Part shown: one piece after another, positions 49,131 to 62,724 of the stretch
Position numbering within the stretch: the stretch's first letter is position 1
Layout: each line of letters begins with the position of its first letter
From: Pristiophorus japonicus
Lineage: Eukaryota
Direction of reading: 5' to 3'
Assembly: GCF_044704955.1 (NCBI RefSeq)
Contig: NC_092000.1
Location: forward strand, 29,450,001 to 29,514,000
DNA length: 64,000 nucleotides
Notes under the pieces: model-generated
The model's database searches: none
Told to the model about the DNA's origin: nothing
The model's input: the letters and a program-made list of their open reading frames with translations, nothing else
Program-made: the position numbers and the translations under genes

Positions 49131-50185
49131 TGTTAGAAATGAGGAGTATCTAAAATGTATATGGTTATGCGAATGAAATTGTGACGCAAATAAGACTATG
49201 TTTACATGATTGTATCAGAACTTGAGGAAAAAGTCTCGTCAGACTAGTATTAGAATAACTGGATAGATGCTTATAATTTGCTTATGTTTTTGGTTCCCTA
49301 TGGATGTTATAACATTCTGCACTGTGACAGTCATATATAAACTTATTCCCAGGCTAGCTATCTGCTGTTTGTAAGTTAGGATTTTGACTTTGTTTAACTT
49401 GCGCATTTTAAAGCAGTTTTGTTAACCAGTGTGTGAGAATAGAATGTAGGATATCTTTGGGAATATACTGATTCATTCCATGGTACAATAATCTGATAAT
49501 GGATCGAAAGTGTTAGTTTTGCATAGCTAAAGCTACATGAGCAGCATGAACATAAATAGCTGATAACAAGCAGCTACAAACATCTGAAGGCCGAAAACAG
49601 AATGTTGGACTCCAAACTTGGGAGGATAGGGACAGGTGAGATAGGAGGAAATCAAATGGATGGGCCTTCAGAATGTATAAACAGGAGAGGCATGCGAGAA
49701 AAGCATGAGACCCCTAAGGGGAGGGTTTTTATCTGAAAGGTAAGACAAAGAACATGACATACCATTGGGTACCTTGGTTAAAGAAGAGCCCTTACAGGTT
49801 AGATAGTCTAGTCCATATTCTACTCCAGGCCCACCCCTAAAAAGAGAATAAAAGGGAGACCTAAAGAGGCTTTAGCTCAGACAGTGAAGGGGAGAACTTC
49901 CAAGAGTGAGAATCGTCTTACACTCTTCCGAGGGAGGATCCATGCTGACCTTAGCTAACACTCTTGGCGGCTCTAGAAAAGAGGAAGAAAGGCCGTAAGC
50001 TGAAGAGTTGATTGTGCACGCCAGCCTTCTGTCCGATCGAGACCGGTCCCAGCTGCTGGTCACGGTCGTGTATTTACAAAGTCTATCTTGATCGTGTGTT
50101 GTATTTGAACTGTTGCTCCTTAATAAAACTGCCAATGACTCCTCGACCCTTTTGGGTAATCTGTGACCAGTGATCAAATCTTACA
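49131..50185 (+). mobile_element. Long solo LTR (~1.05 kb), possibly retroviral
   Basis: Termini TGTTAGA...TCTTACA. 4-bp flanks CTGT/CCGT differ by one CpG-type change. TATA-like AATAAAA at 49847, AATAAA at 50122. Confidence 0.6.
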
Positions 50186-50335
50186 CCGTGCAGGACAATG
50201 TTACTGGTACAGGACATTGACATTATTAACACTGCTATCTGTAGTCACCTGTACAGTTCAGCATGGTTACCTGGACAGAAGTTGTTTATCTGCTGATAAG
50301 TGAGCCAAGATAAGAAGTCCAAGCATATTTTTTAC

Positions 50336-50446
50336 CTGCTGATGACTGAGGTATCCCATCTCCTTGTATCCCAAGGCTAATACACGCGATCCCTCTCGTG
50401 ACATCTCAGTGTGGACAGCATCATAGTTATGGGGGCGCTCAGAGAA
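50336..50446 (-). CDS. ATP13A1: ATP13A1 exon ([37 protein letters not shown])
   Basis: Translated by hand; absent from the ORF track. G-x-RVLALGYK motif, TTTTCTAG acceptor, GTAAA donor, 111 nt, phase 0 to 0. Confidence 0.94.
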
Positions 50447-50954
50447 CTAGAAAACAACCACATACACATTAAAATCAATAAAACCTCGTATAATACGATG
50501 CATAAAACCAAACCAGTGATGGATTTAACCACAAGATTCCTGAAGCATCACGATAGCACCTGGTACAGCACGAGATGGCTCTGTGCCAATGCCCTCTCAT
50601 GGCTAGTCACCAATCCTGGCCAAGACCTTGGCGGTCGGCATGGAGTGGCGGTCAGGTCCTTCCTCAAAGGGAGTGACAAAAATACCTATGAAGGTGAGCC
50701 GCCCCCATCTGCTCTTTCTGCGGAAGCACTGGATCTGTGGTTCACAACTGAGAATAATATATTTTTTATTAGCTTCCTGACATTTTCATGGTCAAAAGAT
50801 GGTGTTCGATTATGGTTTTTGGCACCAAAAATCAAGGCTATACAATGGAAATGTACTCAAAAACATTCCTGATTTTTCAAAGATAAATTTTATCATTTAT
50901 ACATAAGCTTGCACTTATCCTCTAGGTTAAACCTTTCCTCTCCTTAGGTTTCTT

Positions 50955-51390
50955 TGATTCCTGGGATGAGAGGGCTGTCTTATGAGAAATTGTGTAGAAT
51001 GGGCTGATACTCTCTGGAGTTTAGAATAATGAGAGGTGATCTCATTGTAACATACAAAATTCTGAAGGGGATTGACAGGGTAGATGCAGGGAGGATGTTT
51101 CCTCTGGCTGGAGTGTCTAGAACCAGGGATCAGTCTCAGGATAAGGGATCGGCCATTTAAGACCGAGATGATGAGGAGGAATTTCTTCACTCAGAGGGTT
51201 GTGAATCTTTGGAATTCTCTGCTCCAGCGGGCTGTGGATGCCGAGTCTCTAAATATATTCAAGGCTGAGATAGATAGGTTTTTGGAGTCTAGGGGAATCA
51301 AGGGATATGGAGATCGGGTGGGAAAGCAGAGTTGAGGTTGATAATCAGCCATGACCTTATTGAACGGCCTACTCCTGCTTCTTATGTTCC
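50955..51390 (+). mobile_element. CR1 3' fragment
   Basis: NFFTQRVVNLWNSL motif and tail. Confidence 0.88.
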
Positions 51391-52074
51391 TTCATTGCCC
51401 AGTGCCATACATCACTGATGAAGTGTGAACGGATCACTTCATCCCAAAGCCAGTCCTAACCCACCTGAAAGACATAGACGTGCGACTTGGGCCTTGCTGT
51501 CACTCCCCCGCAGGGAGCAGGCACTTCGACTGCCTCAGCCCAGCATCTCAGACAGGCAGTGGAACGCACATTTGGGAAGAGAACCTAACTCATTGCCGCT
51601 GCTCTACGATGACCTGCGCCACCTCAACTTTACGTAGATATAGAATCTCGCAGCATTGAAAGAGGCCATTCAGCCCATCGCGCCTATGCCGGCTCTTAGA
51701 CGGGGTATTTATCCAATTGTCTTTTGTTACAACTGAATCTTTTTCCACCGTTTCAGACAGTGCTTTCGAGATCATAACTCGATGGGTAAATTTTGCTTCA
51801 TCGCCCCCTCTCGAATTTTATCTTAATTGAGTGCACTGTCACTTTTAGTAAGAAGCAACCGTGGTTTACAATTAACTGTGCGGTGAGGGTGAGGGGGATG
51901 AGGGGAGTGGAGAGGGGAGAAATAAAACTTCTGCTGTTTGTTACAGCGAAATAAAGAGCAGTTTTTGTACACATGATTACCATGTCAATGCAAAACAGTA
52001 GAAACCGGCCCCCCAACCCCAGACACATCCCTCCAGATTCACATGGTGCTCCATGCCCTGGCCAGGCTCCTTAC

Positions 52075-52250
52075 CATGCTACGCAGTGTCTCAGGTGCTC
52101 CCTTCACAGCACTGATGTATTGCAGATCCGGAGAGCCCATCTTTTCGTAAGAGCCGAGGACTGACATGCGTTTCAGTGCGCTGGCAAAGTGAAAGCGCTG
52201 GTGGATTTTCAGACCTTGAGATTTGATGCTTTTGGGAAAAACCTTCTCAT
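52075..52250 (-). CDS. ATP13A1: ATP13A1 exon ([31 protein letters not shown]...[11 protein letters not shown])
   Basis: KGAPE nucleotide-binding motif. Canonical splice sites, 176 nt, phase 1 to 0. Confidence 0.96.
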
Positions 52251-52273
52251 CTGGGGAATAAAGGTCAACAGTG

Positions 52274-52620
52274 AGAAAGAAAAGAAAGACTTGCATTTAT
52301 ATCACGCCTTTCACAACCACCGGACCTCTTAAAGCGCTTTATATCCAATGAAGTACTTTTGGAATTTAGTCACTGTTGTAATGCGGGAAACGCCAATTTG
52401 CGCACAGCAAGCTCCCAAACAGCAATTTAATGTGTTTTTGTTATGTTGATTGAGAGATAAATATTGGCCAGGACACCGGGGGTAACTCCCCTGCTCTTCT
52501 TCAAAATAGTGCCACAGAATCTTTTACATCCACCCGAGGGGGCAGACGGGGCCTCGGTTTTAATGTCTCATCCGCAAGACAGCACCTCAGACAGTGCATC
52601 ACTCCCTCAGCACTGTACTA
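52274..52620 (-). mobile_element. Deu-domain SINE, tail next to an exon acceptor
   Basis: Core and (CTTT) tail match the family. Confidence 0.85.
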
Positions 52621-52819
52621 GGAATGAGGCAACATTTCTGCACAGTAGGCGACTGAACAATAACATTTGAAACGGGCTTATCGAAACGATACAGCAGCTT
52701 TGGAAATGTTTTTGCATCGCTTCGCTCCTGAAACTGTAAGTGGGGCTGTTAACAATTAAACTGTTAATAAACACAATATCCTCGTCTATTTTAATATTAA
52801 GAGAAATGAACTTTAAAAT

Positions 52820-54960
52820 ATCGGCTGCCAGCCCAGATGATATTCGCCCAAGGGTCCTGTCAAGTGATGGGACAGGCCCCCTGCCTGGATCTATAATAGC
52901 TCATTGGGAGTCGAGGATGGTTCCCTCAGACTGCAAGGTTAACATCGTTCCAATGTTTAAAAAGGAGGATAAAGTTAGAACCAGGTAACTATAGGCCATT
53001 AGCATGACGTCAGTAATAGGCAAGACGGTCGAGAGAATCATTAGGGATACACTTTATAACCACTTAGATAGAGAAGGTTTTATAGAGACACCCAACATAG
53101 CTTCTGGAAATTGATTGAAGAAGTCACCAACTTAGTGGATGAGGGTACCCTGCCAAACATTGTCTACTCAGACTTTGATAAGGTACCGCACAATAGGTTA
53201 TTCTGCAAGCTAGAATCATATGGAATGCGAGATAATCTGCTCCGGTGGATTGAGAATTGGCTGAAAGCCCGTGGGCAGAAAGTGTTTGTTGATGGATTTG
53301 GATCAGCTTGGAGACCAGTTACCAGTGGTGCCCCGCAAGGACTGGTGTTAGGACCTTCGCCATTTTCATTAATGATCTAGGTGTAGGTGTCGTGGGGAAA
53401 TGATCCACAAGTTTGCGGACGATACCAAGATATGCGTGAGACGCAGGACTCTGGAGGATGCTCGACTACAAGCGCAACTAACTGTGCTGAGGGATTGGGT
53501 CAGTGTTTGGCAAATTATGTTTAACTTAGAAAAGTGCAGAGTTATGCATGTGGGCTGGTCAAATGTTAAACATACATACACCCTACAGGGAAAGAATTCG
53601 AGTCAGTAGTGAAAGAATGAAATCTGGGTTTTAGTGCATCACTCTCTGCAGGTTCCTGACCACTGCTGTGAAGCTAAAGCGAACAAGGTTCGAGAGTGTT
53701 TACACAGGACAATTCACTATAAAACAAAGCGTACCATTTTGTCCTTGTACAAAACCTTGGTTGGGCCTCAGTTAGAATACTGTATCCAGTTTTGGTCTCC
53801 TCATATGGTGGGTGATATTGAGGCTCTGGAAAGGGTGCAGAGGAGGGCCACAAGATTAATTCCAACTCTAAAACACCTTAGTTACCCAGATAAGCTCAAC
53901 GAGCAGGGTCTCCACACTTGAGAAGCGTAGACTTAAGGGTGATTTGATCGAGATTTATAAAATAATAAGGGGACTAGTTTATGTTTATGTAGACCAATTA
54001 TTTCAACTGAATAGGTTAGGTCATGCTTACAAGTTATGCAAGGGCAGAACTGGGTTGGATGTCCGCCAGTTCTTCTAATAGTAAACTGCAGAAAGTTATG
54101 CAGGAAGATATCAATGAACTGGTCAGGTGGACAGAACAGTGGCAAATGGAATTCGATCCTGAGAAATGAGGGGTAATGCATTTGGGGAGGGCTAACAAGG
54201 CAAGGGAATATACATTAAATGGTAGGACACTGAAGTACAGAGGAACAAAGGGACCTTGGAGTGCATGTCCACAGATCCCTGAAGGTAGCATGCCAGGTAG
54301 ATAAGGTGGTTAAGAAGATATACGGAATACTTGCCTTTATTAGCCGAAGCATAGAATTCAAGAGCAAGGGGGGGTTATACTTGAACTGTATAAAACACAA
54401 GTTAGGCTTCAGCTAGAGTACTGCATGCAGTTCTGGTCACCACATTACAGGAAATGTGTGGTTGCACCAGAGAGGGTACAGAGGAGATTTGTGAGGATGT
54501 TGCCCGGACTGGAGAATTTTAGCTATGAGGAGAGAATGGATAGGCTGTGTTTGTTTTCTTTGGAACAGAAGAGGCTGAGACCTTATTGAGGTGTATAAAA
54601 TTATGAAGGGCCTAGATAGAGTGGATGGGACAGACCTATTTCCCTTAGCAGAGGGGTCAACAACCAGGGGTTGAATCATAGATTTAAAGTAATTGGTTGG
54701 AGGTTTAGAGGGGATTTGAGGGGAACTGTTTTCATCCAGAGGGTGATGGGGGTCTGGAACTCACTGTCTGAAAGTGTAGTAGAGGCAGAAACCCCCACCA
54801 CCTTTAAAAAGTACTTGGATATGCACTTGAAATGCCATAACCTGCAGGGCTACGGACCAAGAGCTGGAAAGTGGGATTAGGCTGGGTAGCTCTTTTTTGG
54901 CCGCCACGGACACGATGGGCCGAAATGGCCTCATTCTGTGTTGTAAATTTCTATGATTCT
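52820..54960 (+). mobile_element. Older CR1 RT fragment (52820-54080) followed by another CR1 3' fragment (54085-54960)
   Basis: ORFs 53111-53380, 53400-53609 (KFADD), 53634-53921 and 54671-54880. Confidence 0.88.
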
Positions 54961-56982
54961 AGAGATCTACAACAGGTTGCCAGCTCTTGCAGTGAACAGT
55001 GATTCACTGTACTCCTTCAAGGGAGAACTGGACCGGTTTCTGACTGAGGTGGAAATCACCGCATATTGGAAGTAGGTTCCTGTAAGATCAATCAAGGTCA
55101 ATGTGATGATCTAGACTCATTTTGATCGCCTAAGGGGGAAATTATCCAGATTCCCTGCCCCTTAATTAGTCTGGAGTTTAATGTTTTTTTCATCTCTCCT
55201 AGGAGATTTTACATGATTCTGTGTAGGGTGGGGATTGAGGATCCCTTTAAGCTGCACGGCTGTGCAGCTGACTGGACCACCAGCTCACCGGTTTTTAAAA
55301 AGCAAAAATCGTGCGTGAGCTGAATTTTAACGGGGCCCTGTAGTCCAAATTTATTTATTTATTTTTTAAATAAGGAATATTGTGGAGAGTGTATATAATG
55401 TGATGCAGAGGGCAGCACAACTAAGAGAAACAGGCTGGATAGACCAATGGGTCTTCTCCTGTCCATAATTTTCATATTGAGCCAAACCAACAAGTGTTAG
55501 CGGCGAGGCTGCAAAACAGGTGGATTTCTTTACATCAAGACACCACCTGCAGGATATCACTGAAGCAAGAAAGAGAGAGACGACTAACTAAATCTGGAAG
55601 TAAAGTACCGAGGAAGGGAGGTTCAAGGTTTCTGAACTCTTGGGAAAGAATGATTTAAAGTCAGACACAATGAGACGAGTCTCAATTTCAACACAAGTAG
55701 GAAGAGCAAGTCAGAGAGACAAAAGGAGGAAGCTCAGAGGAAAACTGACCACAGGAGCTTGCGCGTCAGGAGAGAAGGGGGCGAGGGGGGGGGGAAACAG
55801 AACTCAGGGGGAGAGAGAGAGAGCAAAAGGAAAGCAGCATTCGAGGGATATTGTGCAAGAAAGCAAGTCACACATAACCATACAGTAACCACAGTTTTGC
55901 ATCCTGTCCTGGTTAGAAGGGGACGTCCCCAGAAATGAAATGGGTTGGTTCATCAAGCAAACTTACATTGCAAGATAGCTATACCATTGAAAACTGCAGC
56001 AGCGAATAACTCGAATTCCAGTTACCAAAGCACCATTAATGAAATCTTCCACCCTTCAAGATTTAGTTCGGACCTGGAATTTTAGGTCCATCATTGAAAC
56101 ACCCGTGAACTTTTTGATGTGGAAACAAGTCATCCTCGATTCGAGAGATTGCCTATGATGATGATAATAATGAAACCACTATGTACTGAGCACCTTCAGA
56201 AACAATGGGCCGAACATTGCGGCCTCTCTGGGTCCGTACGGAGCGTGTTCGCACCCGGCGAGGCCTCAAGAAAGCCGGTTCTCGGGGAGCGATTTGCATT
56301 CGCCACGAACCAGCTTTTCCGATCTGTCAAAATTTCTTTTGACAGATACTCCACATCCCCACAGGAAGAACATCCGCGGGGCAGAGATTTGGGCTATTTT
56401 CAGAACTCCTCCCCAGCATATAACCTACTTTTACCAGTGTAAGAGTTTTACAACATAGAAAAATTAAATTTAATTAATTATTTTTATATTAAAAACCCTG
56501 TCCCATTAAGATAAGTTTATTTTTAACTATTAAAACAAGTTTTAAAAAAAGCCCCCAAATATTTTTTTTTTCCTAAAACAATTAATTACATTCAATTTTA
56601 ATTAATTTTAAATAGGTGTTTTTTTAAAAATTGTGTGTGTTGTGTTTCTTGTTTTAGGGGTTTTCTCATTGATAGCATTGGGAACTTGTTCAAACAAAGC
56701 TCTCATTATCAATGAGAATACCAGATAGTCATTGGGGGTCCAGGCGCACGTGATCCCAGGGTACGTTTATGTACTTGAATACAGAACCCTGTACGCTGCA
56801 TAGCAAATTACCGTCTCTGACCGCAATCCTACGTTCCTCCGGGAACGCCAGGTATTTCCACAATTATCCCCCCATATACATCTTTGCCCATTTGTTTTGT
56901 ATTGGTAGCCGCCGCAGTTAATGGAGAATGTGCCCATCTTCACAGCACCGTATTGATGGAAATAGAAAAACACCCGCTTCAC

Positions 56983-57140
56983 CTTTTGTGAGTGTCCAGT
57001 CAACTGCGGTTAGCATCGCCTTTTCAAGGGGATCACCGACCAACGTCCCATCGTCCATCTGTACCAGCGAGTGACAGGTCGCCACCACACGGTGTGTTTG
57101 CAGGGGAATCTCTGACACCGGGACCAACTCCTTCCCCTCC
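56983..57140 (-). CDS. ATP13A1: ATP13A1 exon ([52 protein letters not shown])
   Basis: GDPLE motif of the P5 N-domain. Canonical AG/GT, 158 nt, phase 2 to 1, in frame with both neighbours. Confidence 0.96.
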
Positions 57141-57169
57141 CTGCAACGAGAGTAGAAACATTCATCATC

Positions 57170-57572
57170 ACTCTCTGAGTCAGAAGGTTGTGGGTTCAAG
57201 TCCCATTCCAGGGACTTGAGCACACACAAAAAAAAAATCTAATTTGACACTCCAGTGCAGTGCTGAGGGAGCACTGCACTGTTGGAGGTGCAGTCTTTCG
57301 GATGAGACGTTAAATCGAGGCCCCATCTGCCATCTCAGGTGGACGTAAAAGATCCCATGGCACTATTTTGAAGAACGGGGAGTTACCCCCAGTGTGCTGG
57401 CCAATATTAATCCCTCAATCAACATACCAAAAAAGATTATCTGGTCATTATCACATTGCTGTGCGCAAATTGGCTACCGTGTTTCCCACATTACAAGTGA
57501 CTACACTCCAAAACTACTTCATTGGCATCCAGTGGGCGTGAAAGGCACTAAATAAATCTAAATCTTTCTTTC
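57170..57572 (+). mobile_element. Deu-domain SINE
   Basis: B box, core and tail. Begins ~30 nt from the acceptor at 57141. Confidence 0.87.
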
Positions 57573-58239
57573 TCTAAATACAGCATCTTCAAGAGTAGTC
57601 TAGCTACACTGTACATTCGACTCAGAACTTCAACACCTCAAAGCAAAAAGTTTTTCCTCATGTTGCCTTTTCCTCATAACGCATAGATTTTCTTTTTAAA
57701 AAAAAACCCTCACCCAATGACCAACTTGAACTATAAGTGAATGAAGTCTTTATTTAAACAAACAGCCAGGAGGGCAGGACCGCTGCTGCCGAGCTCCGAC
57801 AACTCACCCCCGCATGCACTGGTCATTCTCATTGGTTAGCGTGTTTTTTTTTTAATTTTGAGAATGCGGAGGTTTGCTTTTAGCACTGCTGCCTCGGTGG
57901 TAAACAAATCCTAAATCAGGACACAAAGATCCGCAGGGATCAGTAACGCGAGATCTCTGCGCAGTCATATCCCAGTCGAGTCCAGAGGAGTTTCGGGAGC
58001 ATCTGCTGCAGGTTCATAATATGTTATGGCTTCGCTCCAAACTGTACCAAGTAGCCACAAATGCAGTAATAAATGCTGTTAGTAATAAATCCTGTGAGTA
58101 ACTGTCCCAGAGTACAAATTAAGGTTGCAGAGTGTTTAACAGATTCTGCTGGCAGTACTGGGAATTAGATTTTGAGCTTTAACGCTTGCAGCATTTGGAT
58201 ATTTTTTTTTCAGTAATTTTTTTTTATACCATTCTTAGA

Positions 58240-58885
58240 ATGAATCATAGAATGATTACAGCACAGAAGGGGGCTATTCGGTCCATGCCCGCTCTCTGCA
58301 AGAGCAGTTCGCTAGTCCTCTGGCTTTTGATCCTTCCGCCAATGGGAACAGTGCATCTCCATCTACTCTGTCCAGTCCCCTCATGATGTTGAACACCGCT
58401 ATCAATTCTCCTCTCAATCTTCTCTGCTCAAAAGGAGAACAACCCCAGCTTCTCCAGTCGATCCACATAACTGAATTCCCTCATCCCTGAAATCATTCTC
58501 GTAAATCTTTTCTGCGGAAGTGAGCGTCGCTGGCAAGGCCAGTATTTATTATCCACCCCCGAGAAGGTGCTGGTGGGCCTTTTTCTTGAAGTACCGAGTA
58601 GTGGTTTGATACAACGGAGTGTCTTGCTAGGTCTCATCAGAGGGCAATTAAGAGTCAACTGATGTGGGACTGGGGTCACGTATAGGCCAGATGGCAGGTT
58701 TCCTTCCCTTAAAAGGACATTAGTGAACCAGCTGGGTTTTTACACCAATCTGATAGCTTTATGGTCAGTTTTATTGATACCAGCTATTTATTTCCAAATT
58801 TTTAAAAAACAAAATTCAAATTCTTAAACTGCCGCAGTGTCATTGAACACACGTTCTCTGGATTATTGGTCCAGTAACTTTGCTG
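58240..58885 (-). mobile_element. CR1 3' fragment (58240-58510) and second-family SINE (58520-58885)
   Basis: ORF 58274-58468 is a CR1 end. The SINE tail matches the LINE end at 830-880. Confidence 0.7.
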
Positions 58886-59334
58886 TATCAGGACCAAGAA
58901 ACTAACATAAAAATGACGGGCAGGAAAAGATCAGCTTGTCCATCAAGCCGGCCCCACACATGATGCCTGGAGCATTCTCACTAGTGTGGGGTGGGTGAGG
59001 GATTAGATACAAAGACAGAGAAAGTATGACTCGCGGTAAAGAGAGGTCAGTCACTTTGTACACTCAGTTCCCGATCTCAGTCACGTGGTCACCAAGCGGA
59101 AGCCAGGCCCTTTCCAGTTGGAAGAAGAATAGTTTATTAAAAAAAAAGTATTACTTCAGGCTACTGCTACACACCAGCTAATTGCCAGTGAAAGAATACG
59201 GGCAGATTTCTTTCGTTTAACATCTCAGGCAAAGGATGGTACCTTTTTCAATGCAGGGCTTCAATACTGTAGTCAGTCCAGTGAACACAAAAAAGTAAGG
59301 GAAGGCAGACTAAGAAAAACATAAGCAGCAATTT

Positions 59335-59760
59335 TAAAATCCCCTCATCCGGCAACCTTGGGACCTGGCCTGTGCCAGATGAGGGGAGGTCATCGGCCCA
59401 TGGGAGGTGGCCAGAGGTCGGCGGCCCGAGTGGGCCCCGAAGAGTCTGTGCGGCCCGAGTAGGCCCGATCCCCCAGAGGTAGTGCTGAGCAGAGGAGCGG
59501 CTGGCCCGAGGACTGTGGCTGTAGGAATTCCAGCAGGGCAACAAGGAGGAGGCACCCAATAACCCTGACATAGAGGAGAAAAACTATTGGCGAGTACCCT
59601 GTACGACTTTTTTTTAAAAAACAATGTATGTTCGGAGACTGGGGAAATGAAGGATTTTGGCTGGCTGCGTTCTGCACATGCGCCACCCGGCAGCTGGGAA
59701 TGGTGCCGGACGAGGGGAGGTGCCCGATAAGGGAATCCCGGATAAGAGGTGTTCAACCTG
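59335..59760. mobile_element. pogo/Tigger-like MITE related to 25577-25811
   Basis: Right end ...GGATAAGAGGTGTTCAACCTG-TA. Left subterminal sequence is the reverse complement of 25765-25800. Confidence 0.6.
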
Positions 59761-60318
59761 TACATTTTAAAGACGACTGTTAGTTAAAGGTTGCTGTAGT
59801 TTCACTTCATTTCTGTGCAGGATGGCTGCAATTTCTTCAAAGCTCTTTAGGGGTCACTGTAGGCCACTGAAAACAACTTGCCAACACGTGTCTCTCACAC
59901 CTTGTTTGAAAATTGACTATTTCAGGCAATGGTTATACTGGAGTTGATAGGAATCACTTGGGGATCTGTTTTAATGGTATATCCATGGCGAGGGTCACAA
60001 ATCACTGGAAAAAAACTTCAATTTGTGAAATGAATAGAATATGCATCTTCACTGAACAGGGTGCCAGCAATGCAGAGACTGTTTCAGGGCTATCTGCTCA
60101 CATTTTACAAATCCATCTCGGGATCTGCTGCGCAAGTCAAAAGGAAAGGTTGAACAAAGGGAGCACCAGATTAAACCCCCGTCGCATCAAATCCTGCTTC
60201 TGCTCAATAACTTTAAATAGGTAAAGCCTTTCCTGCTCGCAGCAATGTGACAATCAAAATTCTGGAGATTTCAGCACATGATTAGATCAGCTGACCTCCT
60301 CCCTACTAAGACATGATT

Positions 60319-60432
60319 GGACAGGGTAGAGGGAGCTTTACTCTGCACTGTACCTGCCTTGGGAATGTTTGATGGGACAGTGTAGAGGGAGCTTTACCCT
60401 GTATCTAACCCATGCCCTGGGAGCGTTTGACG
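60319..60432. repeat. Two imperfect units of a ~57-bp repeat (GGACAGTGTAGAGGGAGCTTTAC...CCTGGGAGTGTTTGA)
   Basis: Direct reading. Confidence 0.7.
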
Positions 60433-61597
60433 CTGGCACTGGAGAATAGCAATCCGAGCTTTCCATTCCCCAGCAACAACCTCCCTCATCTTGAGCACAT
60501 AATGCACACAAAAAAAATGGTCCTGCATCACCCCGACACTGGCATTTGAGTGTTAGATCTCTGGCAGTAGTCCAACAGCAGGCACCGCTCACTGACATAG
60601 GACGCAGTCAAAGCACATAGTGTGCGCGCTGGTGGAGGCCAATTCAGGACACAGACGCTCTTCAATGCCACCTTCGCACTGGGCACCCAGGGCTTTAAGA
60701 GAAAAAGACTTGGAAAAGTGACAGCTATGATTAAAAAAAACAAAAAGGTCCACATTCCATAATTCTACCAACAAATGATATACTGTACTGTGACCGTAAC
60801 ACACACCCGCTGAAAGTTCATGTAGGTGAGCATGCAGATCGAGATCAAGGACCGCCTTCCAGCCCTCAGACATCTCTCATCTCTTCTCTTATGAGCCTGA
60901 CCCAATATGCAGGGGGAGCTGGCTGCACCTGTGCCTTCTGAACAATGGGCCCCTTCTTGCTCTCCCAGCGCACAGGTCACCTGGTTCCTACATTTTGCAA
61001 TCAGAGCTCCTTTTTGGAGGGGAAAAAAAAAAGACAGAATTCCAAAGACCCTTGTGGCGATATCTGTATTTCCCTCGGAGTCTGGCGAAGAGTTATATTA
61101 AAATTCTTCAGCACAATAGCTTTTCTGATGCTCCCCCTGAGCCTCAGTGTATGACTGGGAGCAGATACAACGAATTCCGACCAGGTCACCAACACAATGG
61201 CTTTTTTTAGCTGGACCCGGGATGCAGCAGCACTTTTGGCGTCAGTGCCTCACTTTAAATCAATATGGAATATTTTGCAGATAATTGGTACCTTCCAGGA
61301 ATCGTTGGGGGCAGAAATGTGATCATGAAAATATTTTCTAAAAATGGAATAAACTTTGGCCAAGTCAGCGGCCCAGTTTAAATGTAAACAGGGGAGGGTG
61401 GAGGCAGGGAGGGGGACTTCACTCTCTCCCAAGAATCAAGAGATACACACACTGACAATACTGTGTTTATCTCTTGATTCTTGGGAGAGAGAGTGAAATC
61501 CCCCTCCCCTGTTTACATTTAAACTGGGCCGCTGACTTAGCCAAAGTTTATTCCATTTACAACAGGTCAGGGACCTCGGAGGTGCCTTTGATTTAAG

Positions 61598-61770
61598 AGC
61601 ATAAGAAATAGGAGCAGGAGGAGGCCTTTTGACCCCTCGAGCCTGCTCCGCCATTCAATAAGATAATGCTGATCATGGACTCAGATCCACTTCCCTTCCC
61701 GCTCCCCATAACCCTTTATTCCCTTATCGCTCAAAAATCTGTCCATCTCCGCCTTAAATATATTCAATGA
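61598..61770 (-). mobile_element. CR1 3' end
   Basis: TTCTTATG-tail subfamily 3'UTR. Confidence 0.85.
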
Positions 61771-62149
61771 TTTTACTGCAGCATCCCAAGTCACCGTCCC
61801 CTCCAAACAGTGCGAGGTGGGTTTCGACTCCATGGTGAAAGTGAATGGAAACCTCTGCATCTAGTTATACTGTTGACTGCTATCCTGTTAGCTCCCGCTT
61901 TACTGCAGCTGAAGGAGTTTCAAAGTGTCCTGCGCTGGTTGCACAGGAGTAGGGTGGCACACTGCGATACACGCATAGCAAGCTCCCAATCTTAGCCAGG
62001 CACCAATACAGCTGCTTTCCTCAGAGTGAGAAGAATAATTGGAAGGCAAGTGAAGCCGCACATTTACTCGGGAGCCAGGCATGCACAGTAACGACAGGGC
62101 AGGCTTGGAAACAGGTTGAATGGCACTCGCAGAACAAATGATATATAAG

Positions 62150-62465
62150 CAGAACAACTTGCATTTGTAAAGCACCTTTAATGTAGTAAATCGTCCCAAG
62201 GCACTTCACAGAAAGGTTAACAAGATTTGACACCAAGACATTAGTCCACATAAGGCGACACAAGGACTCATGACCAAAAGCTTGGTAGGATTTAAAGAGC
62301 GCTTTAAAGAAGGAGACAAGGAGAGGTAGAGAGGTGGAGAGTTTTAGGGAGGGAGTTCCAGAGCTTAGGGCCCAGGCAGTTGAAGGCACGGCCACCAATG
62401 GTGTGTGGATGGAAAAATCGGGGAGCGCAAGAGGCCAGAATTGGAGGAAAGCAGAGTTTCAGGAC
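62150..62465 (-). mobile_element. L2 LINE 3' fragment
   Basis: Reverse complement matches the other L2 ends. Confidence 0.78.
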
Positions 62466-62603
62466 TGTGGGGGAAGGTGGAAAGAGAAGAAAAGAGAGTA
62501 CTGTAATCTGGCCAGCTCACGTGCAACTGTGCTCCATGAAGTAGTCAATACCTTCAGGAGGGGAAGAGGAGGGGAGATTGGCAAGAAAACAAAGAATGCT
62601 CAC

Positions 62604-62724
62604 CTGAGCCCAGCGACCCCTCTGACCACCAGGTTATCACTCGTCAGGGTGCCAGTTTTATCGAAGCAGCAAAATTCCACTTTCCCGGCAAAGGGGATTC
62701 GGAAAGGTTCTGTGCAGTAAACGT
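62604..62724 (-). CDS. ATP13A1: ATP13A1 coding exon, first of 15 in window ([40 protein letters not shown])
   Basis: P-type ATPase phosphorylation motif DKTGT in P5A context. AG acceptor at 62725-62726, GT donor at 62602-62603. 121 nt, phase 1 to 2. Upstream exons lie outside the window. Confidence 0.96.

Noticed and set aside
56207-56915. Possible third GGGCC-ended TIR element
   Set aside because: Left end is suggestive but no clear right TIR was found, so it is not listed as a feature.
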